In this document: in pieces, positions 8,873 to 16,795 of the stretch | Position numbering within the stretch: the stretch's first letter is position 1 | Layout: every line of letters begins with the position of its first letter | NCBI GenBank assembly: GCA_050178275.1 | Contig: JBFXGF010000001.1 | Location: 1-24,211 of the forward strand | DNA: 24,211 bases | Source of the DNA: Thermoplasmata archaeon | GTDB lineage: Archaea; Thermoplasmatota; Thermoplasmata; UBA10834 | Reading direction: 5' to 3' | The notes under the pieces: model-generated | What the model was told of the DNA's origin: nothing | The model's database searches: none | Seen by the model: the letters and a program-made list of their open reading frames with translations, nothing else | Translations under genes and position numbers: made by a program

Positions 8873-10663
8873 ATGGACACCGAGGCACAGCTGCTCTTTC
8901 AGATGGGCGCCATCATGCTCCTCGCATTCATAGCCGCGACTATGGCGAGGAAGGCCAACCAGTCGGTCATGATCGGCTACATAGCGATCGGGATCCTCAT
9001 AGGGCCGAAGATCAGTGTCAACATCCTCGGCCACCAGTACAACGGGCTTGTGACCGACACCACCCTCATCGAGGTCCTCTCCTTCGTCGGCCTCGTGATG
9101 CTCATGTTCTTCGTAGGGCTCGAGTTCTCGTTCTCGAAGCTCAAGAGGACCAAGACCCCGGCGATAATCCTCGCGGTGATAGACACGAGCGTCGGCCTGT
9201 TCGTCGGCTTCGTTTTCGCATCCTTCTTCGGCTGGCCCCTGATAGACTCGATATTCCTCGCCGGCGTCGTCGCGATGAGCAGCACAAGCATCGCGATGAA
9301 GGTCCTGTTCGACCTGAAGCGCATGTCCAGCCCCGAGGTCGAGTTTCTCATCGGCCTGGTCGTCGTGGAGACGTTCATAGCGATGCTCATACTGACGGTC
9401 GCGAGCGGAATGGTGGTCCGGCCAGAGGCGGACCCGTCCGAATACGGCCAGCTCCTCCTAGGCATGGCGGCGTTCTACGCGTTCTTCGTCTGGGTGGCGA
9501 TGTTCGCTGTCCCGAAGGTCGTTTCATTCTTCAATAGCATCGAGAACGATGAGATGTTCATATTGTTCGCCCTGGGGATGGTGTTCCTGACATCGGGGTT
9601 CGCCGCGGTCATGAACGTCCCGCCGATCATCGGGGCGTTCTTCATCGGGATGATACTGGCCGAGACCAACGTTTCGGTCAGGATCAGGTCTAAGCTGGAG
9701 TCGTTCAAAGACGCTTTCGTCGCTATATTCTTCACGTCTTTCGGCATGATGATCGACCCGGCGATGTTCCCTGACGTGATGTGGATGGTCATCCTCGCAA
9801 TACCCATGGTGCTGATCTACGAGGTGTTCGTGATGTCGGCCGTCACGCATTTCCTCGGCTTCTCCCCGAAAGCCGCGATGACAGTGGGGACGAGCGCCTC
9901 GGGCAGAGGCGTCGAGTCCATACTCTACGCCAGCGTCGGGAGCAGCGTGAGAGGGGCAACTATGGGCAGCCTTCTCAATCCATTCGCGGGGGCGTTCTGC
10001 TTCGCCATGAGTGCGATATCACCGGTCCTGGTGAAGCACTCGGCAGCTCTGGCGGACGCGATTGGCAAGATGGTCCCGAAGCCGATCAAGTTCTCGTCGG
10101 CGGTCATATCCCGCACACTCGGGAAGGCCATACTCCCGTCGTCCTTGAAGATATTCAAGGGTGCTAGGATGACCGGCGTCCTTCTCCTGTTGTTCGTCGC
10201 GCTCTCGACGGCGATACTCCTGGTAGATTCGTCACTGCACCCCATCCTCGTCGCGGGGGGCCTAGCGATGGCCTTGGCGGTGTACTTCGTAGTTCGGTAC
10301 GAGGTCGCTGAGATTGTGAAGCACGTCAACTACTCGAACCTCGGCGTGCGACCCGAATCGAGGAAGACGATTGTCGGGCTCGTCTCATGGGTCGTGTCAG
10401 GCGCGTCCCTGTCCGTGCTCGTGATAGTGTCGATATGGATGTACCTCTGGGAACTCTCGCTCTTGGTCGCCGTCGCGTACGTCGCGTCTCTTGTAGTTGT
10501 CATGGTCAGGACCCATTCCAAGATACACGTGAATCTGCCGGAGATGCCCCAGAAGATCCACAACTTCCCCAAGCCAGTCGTCGACCAGGAAGACGGCGAG
10601 AAGAGGCCCCCGAAGCCAGTCTACGGGGTGGTGAGGTCCGTTCCCAGGAACGCCCAGCTCTGA
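8873..10663 (+). CDS. Cation:proton antiporter, CPA2 (Kef-type) family, with extra C-terminal TM segments and no RCK domain
   Basis: GYIAIGILIGP, GLVMLMFFVGLEFS, SSTSIAMKVL, IGAFFIGMILAE, AFVAIFFTSFGMMIDP. TATA AATTATAAG at 8762-8770. Confidence 0.9.
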   Translation: MDTEAQLLFQMGAIMLLAFIAATMARKANQSVMIGYIAIGILIGPKISVNILGHQYNGLVTDTTLIEVLSFVGLVMLMFFVGLEFSFSKLKRTKTPAIILAVIDTSVGLFVGFVFASFFGWPLIDSIFLAGVVAMSSTSIAMKVLFDLKRMSSPEVEFLIGLVVVETFIAMLILTVASGMVVRPEADPSEYGQLLLGMAAFYAFFVWVAMFAVPKVVSFFNSIENDEMFILFALGMVFLTSGFAAVMNVPPIIGAFFIGMILAETNVSVRIRSKLESFKDAFVAIFFTSFGMMIDPAMFPDVMWMVILAIPMVLIYEVFVMSAVTHFLGFSPKAAMTVGTSASGRGVESILYASVGSSVRGATMGSLLNPFAGAFCFAMSAISPVLVKHSAALADAIGKMVPKPIKFSSAVISRTLGKAILPSSLKIFKGARMTGVLLLLFVALSTAILLVDSSLHPILVAGGLAMALAVYFVVRYEVAEIVKHVNYSNLGVRPESRKTIVGLVSWVVSGASLSVLVIVSIWMYLWELSLLVAVAYVASLVVVMVRTHSKIHVNLPEMPQKIHNFPKPVVDQEDGEKRPPKPVYGVVRSVPRNAQL

Positions 10664-10739
10664 CATGTCACAACCCCGCGTCGACGGCGTGTCGTGTCCG
10701 GTAGTACGATTATAGGGTCGCGCGCACATACTCGCGCTT

Positions 10740-11327
10740 GTGAAATTCGTTGGCAGGTCCTACGCGGTCGGCGCGGTCTTCGGCCTTCTCGCTGTCGTCT
10801 CTTTCTCAGTGCTTTATACCGTTGCCGCCTCGAACGACCCTAGTTACACATTCCTGGAGAACTACCTGAGCGACCTAGGGGTGGGTCCGTGGGCCTGGGC
10901 GTTCAACTCGGCCCTCATGCTGTCGGGGACGCTGATAGCGTTGTTCTCGCTCCTCGGGCTGTATCCTCTCCTAGGGCGCTCCCTGCCCTCGAGGGCAGGG
11001 ACCGGTCTGCTCACCGTCTCGGGCGTCCTGCTCGTGAACGTCGGGATATTCACAGAGGACGCGGGGGACACGCACTTCGTGTTCTCCATCGCGTTCTTCC
11101 TCACGCTACTGGCGGCCCTATGCGCGCTCACGTTTGCCCTGCATGTCACAGACGCCCTCGGCCGAGCGGGCACGGCCATCTCCGCCTCCGTGTTCGTGTT
11201 CGGCCTGATTCTGCTGTCAATCGGGCTGGGCCCGTTCTCGGAGACGTTGGCGGTCCTCGCCGCGCTGGCTTGGGGTGCCGTCATAGCGGCTCTGATGCTG
11301 GCCAAGGCCCGCCCCGTGCGCACATAG
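10740..11327 (+). CDS. DUF998 family membrane protein
   Basis: YTFLENYLSDLG, WAFNSALM, VGIFTED...HFVFSIAFF. About 5-6 TM, GTG start, TATA-like ATTATAG at 10709-10715. Confidence 0.8.
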   Translation: MKFVGRSYAVGAVFGLLAVVSFSVLYTVAASNDPSYTFLENYLSDLGVGPWAWAFNSALMLSGTLIALFSLLGLYPLLGRSLPSRAGTGLLTVSGVLLVNVGIFTEDAGDTHFVFSIAFFLTLLAALCALTFALHVTDALGRAGTAISASVFVFGLILLSIGLGPFSETLAVLAALAWGAVIAALMLAKARPVRT

Positions 11328-11358
11328 ACTTCCCTCGCCCGACCTACTTTGTACAGTG

Positions 11359-11381
11359 TGTCTTAGAATCTTTTTAAGACA
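11359..11381 (+). promoter_or_regulatory. Candidate operator: palindrome TGTCTTAGAA-TCT-TTTTAAGACA overlapping the rocD TATA box
   Basis: 9 of 10 positions are complementary across the centre. The right arm contains TTTTTAAG, about 60 nt upstream of the rocD ATG. Confidence 0.55.
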
Positions 11382-11441
11382 AGGACGCAATCAGCGGCCA
11401 ACGAGAAGCGCCCCTGAAGGGGCGCGCGTGAGGGCGACATC

Positions 11442-12647
11442 ATGAACGCTAAGGACTACATCGAGCTCGAAGGGAGATACGGGGCCCACAACTACCACCC
11501 GTTGCCGGTCGTCATATCGAAAGCGAAAGGTGTCTGGGTCTGGGACGTCGAGGGCAAGAAGTACATGGACATGCTCAGCTCATACTCGGCGATCAACCAG
11601 GGCCACCTGCACCCGAAGATAGTGAAGGCAGCGGTAGACCAGATGGGCAGGCTCTCGCTCACCTCGAGGGCGTTCTCGAACGACAGGATGGGCCCGTTCC
11701 TCAAGAAGCTGTGCGAGCTCGCGGGGCTCGAAATGGCCCTCCCGATGAACACCGGAGCGGAGGCGGTGGAGACCTCTATCAAGCTCGCCAGGAGATGGGG
11801 CCACATGAAGAAGGGCATCCCGGAGGACAGGGGCGAGATCATCGTGTGCGAGAACAACTTCCACGGCCGTACGACCACCATTATCAGCTTCTCGTCGGAC
11901 CCTGACTCGAAGAAGGGGTTCGGGCCGTTCACGCCTGGCTTCGTAACCATACCCTACAACGACGTCAAAGCCTTCGAGAACGCCATCAACAAGGACACGA
12001 TTGGCATCCTGGTCGAGCCGATCCAGGGTGAGGCGGGCATTAACGTGCCATCTCCTGGATACCTCAAGGAATTGAGGAGGATATGCGACGAGAAGGGCAT
12101 CCTGCTGATAATCGACGAGATACAGACAGGCTTCGCTCGGACTGGAAAGATGTTCGCCTTCCAGCACGAAGGCATCAAGCCGGACATCCTGTGCGTCGGA
12201 AAGGCGCTCGGCGGGGGCCTCTACCCCGTGTCCGCCGCGGTGTCGACGAGGGAGCTCATGAGCGTGTTCAATCCAGGCTCTCATGGCAGCACCTTCGGCG
12301 GGAACCCGCTCGCGTGCGCGATTGCCGAGGCCGCTCTAGACGTGCTCGTGGAGGAGAAGCTGGACGCGAAGTCGAAGGAGATGGGCGATTACTTCGTCAA
12401 GAAGATAGAGGAGATGAGGATCAAGGACATCAAGGCCATAAGGCACAAAGGCCTCCTCATCGGCGTCGAGTTCAAGCTGGGTCCGGGCGAGACCGTGAGG
12501 CCCATCTGCGAGAAGCTGATGGCGGAGGGCGTCCTCGCGAAGGACACGCACGAGAAGACCATCAGGTTCGCGCCGCCCTTGGTAATAACCAAGGCCGAGA
12601 TCGACTGGGCGATGGAACGGGTCAAGAAGGTCTTCGAGGCCTGCTGA
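11442..12647 (+). CDS. rocD: Ornithine--oxo-acid transaminase (class III PLP aminotransferase)
   Basis: GAHNYHPLPVV, YMDMLSSYSAINQGH, LTSRAF, PMNTGAEAVET, NFHGRT, EPIQGEAG, DEIQTG, PLP-lysine GKALGGG, HGSTFGGNPLA, IRFAPPL. Confidence 0.96.
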   Translation: MNAKDYIELEGRYGAHNYHPLPVVISKAKGVWVWDVEGKKYMDMLSSYSAINQGHLHPKIVKAAVDQMGRLSLTSRAFSNDRMGPFLKKLCELAGLEMALPMNTGAEAVETSIKLARRWGHMKKGIPEDRGEIIVCENNFHGRTTTIISFSSDPDSKKGFGPFTPGFVTIPYNDVKAFENAINKDTIGILVEPIQGEAGINVPSPGYLKELRRICDEKGILLIIDEIQTGFARTGKMFAFQHEGIKPDILCVGKALGGGLYPVSAAVSTRELMSVFNPGSHGSTFGGNPLACAIAEAALDVLVEEKLDAKSKEMGDYFVKKIEEMRIKDIKAIRHKGLLIGVEFKLGPGETVRPICEKLMAEGVLAKDTHEKTIRFAPPLVITKAEIDWAMERVKKVFEAC

Positions 12648-12675
12648 CGGGCCGTTCCAGAAGGGCGCCGCGCGC

Positions 12676-12701
12676 CCCCTCCGCTCGCAGCCGCGGAGGG
12701 G
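12676..12701 (+). terminator. 9-bp GC hairpin CCCCTCCGC-N8-GCGGAGGGG downstream of rocD
   Basis: Perfect inverted repeat 29 nt after the stop codon. No U-tract. Confidence 0.35.
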
Positions 12702-12758
12702 TCGTATGTTGCGCAACTACTTCGAGTCGGATGCGCATACCGTGTCGAGGTCGCGCAG

Positions 12759-13175
12759 ATGCAGCAGTCGAGGAGCGGTCAAGTCCACGTCATCCGGCTA
12801 GACGACGGCGAGGACATAATCGAGTCGATACTGAAGTCGGCCAGGGATTCGAGGTCCACCATGCTCATATGCACCGGCCTTGGCATGATCACCGACTTCG
12901 AGCTCGGGTACTTCGAAAATGGGGAATACATCAGCAAATCGTTCCCCGAGCCGCATGAACTCCTGTCGGTCCAGGGCGTCATATCCGGCTACGGCGAGCA
13001 CAGGGTCCACATACACGTCTCGGTCGCGGACAAGGAACACAGGGCGTTCGGCGGGCATCTCCTGAGGGGGAAGGTCTGGATGTCTAACGAGATAGGGATA
13101 TTGAGGTTGGACGGCGTCCGGTCGACCCGCGAGTTGAATCTGGAGAAGAAAGTGGCGGTCCTGAACCTACAATGA
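12759..13175 (+). CDS. PPC/DUF296 domain protein (AF0104/ALDC-like)
   Basis: RLDDGEDI, GLGMI, ELLSVQG, HIHVSVAD...FGGHL (HxH...H metal site). Confidence 0.9.
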   Translation: MQQSRSGQVHVIRLDDGEDIIESILKSARDSRSTMLICTGLGMITDFELGYFENGEYISKSFPEPHELLSVQGVISGYGEHRVHIHVSVADKEHRAFGGHLLRGKVWMSNEIGILRLDGVRSTRELNLEKKVAVLNLQ

Positions 13176-13199
13176 GCCGGCCGATGGCGAGGGCCGAGC

Positions 13200-13221
13200 G
13201 CGGCTACCATGGCTCGAACCC
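13200..13221 (-). repeat. Degenerate direct repeat of the tRNA-Gly 3' end (att-like remnant), also part of a hairpin at 13202-13231
   Basis: Minus strand GGGTTCGAGCCATGGTAGCCGC versus tRNA 3' end GGGTTCGAATCCCGGCAGCCGC: 17/22 identical, same orientation. Confidence 0.5.
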
Positions 13222-15959
13222 CATGGCGGCCAAACCCCCCTCTCCCGGTTCAATCAGGGTGGTGCTGGCATATCGGCCTAGAACTCTGGTCGCCCACCGG
13301 TGGTGTAATCCTTCCTGACCCGAAGTCCCCGCATGGCCGCTGTCGAATCAGTCTTTCCCTTTCCGCCAGCGGTAGACTCCGAGGACGGTTCCTGCGGCCA
13401 CGATTGTCCCCGCCACCAGGATCAGGACCCAAAGCGCGATGCCCGAGGACTCACGATAGTTGAAATCGACCGTGGTCGATGCTTCGTTTCCAGCAGCATC
13501 GGTCGCCCGGACCTCGAAGGTGTGGGCGCCATCCGTCAGGCCTGTGCCCTCCCATTGCTGCGCGGATCCCACATCCGTCCACGCGCCAGAATCGAGTCTC
13601 ACTTCGAATCTGGCGATTCCTGAGACGGTGTCTGAGGCGGCCCATTCGAAAATGACATCTTCGTCGACGGAAGACCCGTTCGGAGGGGAGTTGATTGAGA
13701 GGCTCGGGGCAGTCACATCTATCTTGACCGTTGCCGACCTGATTGGCTCGACGTTGCCCGCCAGGTCCGTCGATCGAAATGACAGGATGTTGGCGCCCTC
13801 GTTCGAAAGGCGGAAATCAGACTTGTATGTCGTCCAGGTGCTGTTGTCGAGACTATACTCGGTCCTCGATACTCTGGAATTGTCGGAGGCAGAGAGTGAC
13901 ACATCGACGCCCGAGACATACCAGTAGTCCTGCCCGACGGTGCCATTGAGCTCGGCCCTCGTCGTTGGAGGGATGGAATCAGACATCCGGAAGACCGCGT
14001 CGGAACAGTCCTCTCCGGTGTTGAACCCATCAGAGGCCATCACCCTGATTCTGCACTTCTCCGTCGGGGCGACCCCGGTCGTGTTCCAGATGTACGAGGA
14101 TGCCGTGAGGTTGTTCGCGACAGGTATCCATGTGCGCCCGTCGTCCGGGGTGTACGAGACGAGATATGACAGGTCGTCCCCGTCGAGGTCATCGGCCGTC
14201 CAGGATATCTCAGGGCTCTGGCCGATGTCGATGTCCTCCGCGCCGTTCGGGGATAGGATGTCCACGGTGGGGACCGATGTCGTGACGATGCGCTCCGCGA
14301 GCACCGCCTCCAGAGGATCGAGTATCTGGACATACCGCGTGTCAGGCAGGTTCGGGGCGTTCACCACGAAGTCGACACTATCGATTTCTTCAAGGAGGTA
14401 CGATTCGTTCTCTCCGTCATCGTGTGTCAACCGAGTGAAGGATACGTTGAAGTATGTGTTGCCGAGGATGTTCCTCGACGAATCCAGCATCCTCACCAAA
14501 TAGCTGCCGACCGGTCCCTGCTGAGGGATGATCTGCTCTTCAGGCACACCCAGGGGAGTAGTGAACCAAGGGCGGGTGATGATGGCCGCCCCGCTCCTCA
14601 GTATTGAGCCGTCGATGACCACGATGGGGCCGAGGGTCGGAGGAGCGTAGACCAACTGGCTGAACAGGTTCCATTCCCAAGTCCCGTTAGGACCGCTGGA
14701 GAGTATCGTGCTCAGGTCGATGTACGACCGCTCGTGGTCCTGGTACCTCTCGTTGTCAATCCAACGAGGAGTCACTGGGACACCCGACGGTAGCCGTCCC
14801 GGGTTGCTCATCCATGTGTTGGCGCTCACACCGTACGCTCTCTCGGAAACGGACCACTTCGTCGCATCGTACACGCTAATGCCAATGTCGTGTGGGTGCC
14901 ACAGGTAGTATGTATGGCCAAGTTCGTGAGCTAGGAGTGCCTCTCTCACGTCTATCCCATTCGCTGTTATGAATAGGGGAACGGGGTCTCGAGGCTCATC
15001 CAAGCAGCCGACCGCTGACCCATATGTCTCGCGTCCCCACGTGTCTCTGATCTTCTCAAATACAGCGACGACGCGATCATAGCCCAAGACCCTCGCCTCA
15101 GCTGACAGCCTCTTTGTGATGATGGCGCAGTCGGTCCACAACCTTGAATCGTAGCGTTCGTCTCTTGGAGGCGCCTCGACAATCTCCACGCCATCGTCAG
15201 CCAACGGGAAAGTGTCCAGGACTTCCCGTAGCTCCTCGTCGAGTGAGAACTCTGGGGGTTCACGGTCCCACAACGCACTAGAGGAACAGTAGATCGGGAC
15301 CACAAGGATGCGCAGGTCGTGCGAAACCCACGCGTCGATGGGCGAATCCGTGGTCATCTGATTGTTCGTCTCGTCAGTCTCGACCACCGAGTTATCGGGG
15401 TCGACCCAGGCAATCACGCTGGAGTCAAGGCCTGGCTCTGTCCACATGAATGTCGCGGGCTCCGAAGTCCAAGGCAGGGGGTGGGATGTGCAGTTTCCAC
15501 CAGGCACATACACCGTGTTGACGCCCGGGGCCAGGGGGATCCCGCGCCTATCCGGCCCGGTCTCGACATACGATGAGGATCCGTGGTTATAGGTCACGCT
15601 GATGTTCGCGTATACCTCCTCGTCGAACGCGTTGATGACCGTCACGCAGAGTGCCGCGGACTTGTTCACCACCACGCCCCTCGGTTCCGGGACGACCTGG
15701 ACGACGACCACGGAGGTGACGTAGAGATCCTCGGTGGAGGCGGCGTTTACGGGTGATAGCGCGGTGGGGATTAGAAGGGCAATCACAATCGCAGGGACGA
15801 CGAACCTCGAACCGAGCCTCATGCATATCCTGCCCATGATTGGCCTGTAGCCCTATAACCCATACGGGGAGGGGGCGAGTGGGTATGCGGCGGTCGAATC
15901 CGTGCTCCAAGTGGCCTTCGACTCAAAGCGAGGGACACCCAGCTAGCTACGCATGAGAG
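13222..15959. mobile_element. Putative decayed tRNA-integrated genomic islet with a single cargo gene and no integrase
   Basis: Bounded by the tRNA-Gly 3' end and its degenerate copy. Spot counts of 60-nt lines give about 57-62% GC versus about 68% in a flanking gene line, with more A/T-ending codons. Confidence 0.45.
13348..15837 (-). CDS. Secreted, C-terminally membrane-anchored multidomain protein: CARDB-like domain, metzincin-like Zn metallopeptidase, and three or more Ig/FN3-like repeats
   Basis: Signal peptide (RFVVPAIVIALLIPTALSPVNA), CARDB motif VDPDNSVVETDETNN, HELGHTYYLWH followed by WMS, Ig-type repeats (IRVMASDG, FRSTDLAGN, VRATDAAGN), TM helix plus RWRKGKD tail. The start may be ATG 15822 given the TATA-like GGTTATAG at 15860-15853. 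Confidence 0.85.
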   Translation of the reverse strand: MGRICMRLGSRFVVPAIVIALLIPTALSPVNAASTEDLYVTSVVVVQVVPEPRGVVVNKSAALCVTVINAFDEEVYANISVTYNHGSSSYVETGPDRRGIPLAPGVNTVYVPGGNCTSHPLPWTSEPATFMWTEPGLDSSVIAWVDPDNSVVETDETNNQMTTDSPIDAWVSHDLRILVVPIYCSSSALWDREPPEFSLDEELREVLDTFPLADDGVEIVEAPPRDERYDSRLWTDCAIITKRLSAEARVLGYDRVVAVFEKIRDTWGRETYGSAVGCLDEPRDPVPLFITANGIDVREALLAHELGHTYYLWHPHDIGISVYDATKWSVSERAYGVSANTWMSNPGRLPSGVPVTPRWIDNERYQDHERSYIDLSTILSSGPNGTWEWNLFSQLVYAPPTLGPIVVIDGSILRSGAAIITRPWFTTPLGVPEEQIIPQQGPVGSYLVRMLDSSRNILGNTYFNVSFTRLTHDDGENESYLLEEIDSVDFVVNAPNLPDTRYVQILDPLEAVLAERIVTTSVPTVDILSPNGAEDIDIGQSPEISWTADDLDGDDLSYLVSYTPDDGRTWIPVANNLTASSYIWNTTGVAPTEKCRIRVMASDGFNTGEDCSDAVFRMSDSIPPTTRAELNGTVGQDYWYVSGVDVSLSASDNSRVSRTEYSLDNSTWTTYKSDFRLSNEGANILSFRSTDLAGNVEPIRSATVKIDVTAPSLSINSPPNGSSVDEDVIFEWAASDTVSGIARFEVRLDSGAWTDVGSAQQWEGTGLTDGAHTFEVRATDAAGNEASTTVDFNYRESSGIALWVLILVAGTIVAAGTVLGVYRWRKGKD

Positions 15960-16031
15960 TGCGGCTGCCGGGATTCGAACCCGGGCTTGAAGCTTGGGAA
16001 GCTTCAGTCCTAACCACTAGACTACAGCCGC
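15960..16031 (-). tRNA. tRNA-Gly (anticodon CCC), intronless, CCA not encoded
   Basis: Folds as GCGGCTG TA GTCT AGTGGTTA GGAC T GAAGC TTCCCAA GCTTC AAGC CCGGG TTCGAAT CCCGG CAGCCGC A. Confidence 0.97.
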
Positions 16032-16038
16032 TCTGAGC

Positions 16039-16293
16039 TCACTTGACCGTTTCGAGCTGGCTGATTATGTTCCAGATGAGCGTCCGCCCGTGCAGCGGTA
16101 TGTTCGGGTCGTTGGCCAGCTCGTCGAGTATCATGATCGCACTGGCGCTCCTGATGTCGAGCGCCTCCTGCTTCTGGGAGAGGCGCTCCTTGGCCTGGGT
16201 CGCGCCGCGCCTGATGTTCCTCGGAACGGAGTTGTCGTCCGCCAGCTGGTCCAGAACCTCCATTATCTGCCTTAGCCTTGTTTCCATGTCCAT
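16039..16293 (-). CDS. UPF0147 family protein
   Basis: DNSVPRNIRR and LDELANDPNIPLHGRTLIWNIISQLE. Start placed at ATG 16293, 7 nt after the GAGGTG SD (the ORF track start 16314 is probably too long). Confidence 0.93.
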   Translation of the reverse strand: MDMETRLRQIMEVLDQLADDNSVPRNIRRGATQAKERLSQKQEALDIRSASAIMILDELANDPNIPLHGRTLIWNIISQLETVK

Positions 16294-16341
16294 CAGAGAC
16301 CACCTCGCCGACACATCGTTCGAATCATGACCGGGAGAGGC

Positions 16342-16683
16342 TCACTCCTTGGTCTCCTCTTCCGGCTCCCTGATCTTCCCGCGCTCCTTGAATGTCGTCA
16401 CGACCATGAAGGTCTTCGTCTCCTTCACGCCCTCGATGCTCGCGACGTCGTCGACTATGAACTTCTTCAGGGACGCGTAGTTCGGGAACCTGGTCTTGGC
16501 GATGATGTCCGTGTCGCCGGTGACGAGGAACACATCCTCCACGTAATCGAACCCCGCGATCTTCTGCGCCACCACGTCCGAGCCTTTCGTGTCTATCTTG
16601 AAGCTCACCAACGCGGCGACCTGGTCCTCGCCGTAGTACGATGATATGATCTCCTCGTACTCCTTCTTGTCCTTCTCTTCCAT
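16342..16683 (-). CDS. Lrp/AsnC ligand-binding (RAM) domain protein without HTH (demi-FFRP)
   Basis: VFLVTGDTDII motif, IEGVKETKTFMV, ACT-like beta-alpha-beta pattern. No N-terminal HTH in 113 aa. Confidence 0.88.
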   Translation of the reverse strand: MEEKDKKEYEEIISSYYGEDQVAALVSFKIDTKGSDVVAQKIAGFDYVEDVFLVTGDTDIIAKTRFPNYASLKKFIVDDVASIEGVKETKTFMVVTTFKERGKIREPEEETKE

Positions 16684-16795
16684 TCAAGCGCCCCCTATCG
16701 GTCCACCTCGGCCTGTGGTGCCCGCGCCCGGCGCTCCGGGGTCGAACTCGGCTCTGGCGAACCGGCTACTCCCTACAGTGCCCTTGCGTAGAATG

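Noticed and set aside
16700-16790. Possible second tRNA or tRNA pseudogene (minus strand GGCACTGTAG...GTTCGACC...AGCGCC)
   Set aside because: Only about 25 nt lie between the acceptor-like and T-like parts, with no anticodon arm. Kept only as a low-confidence structured element.
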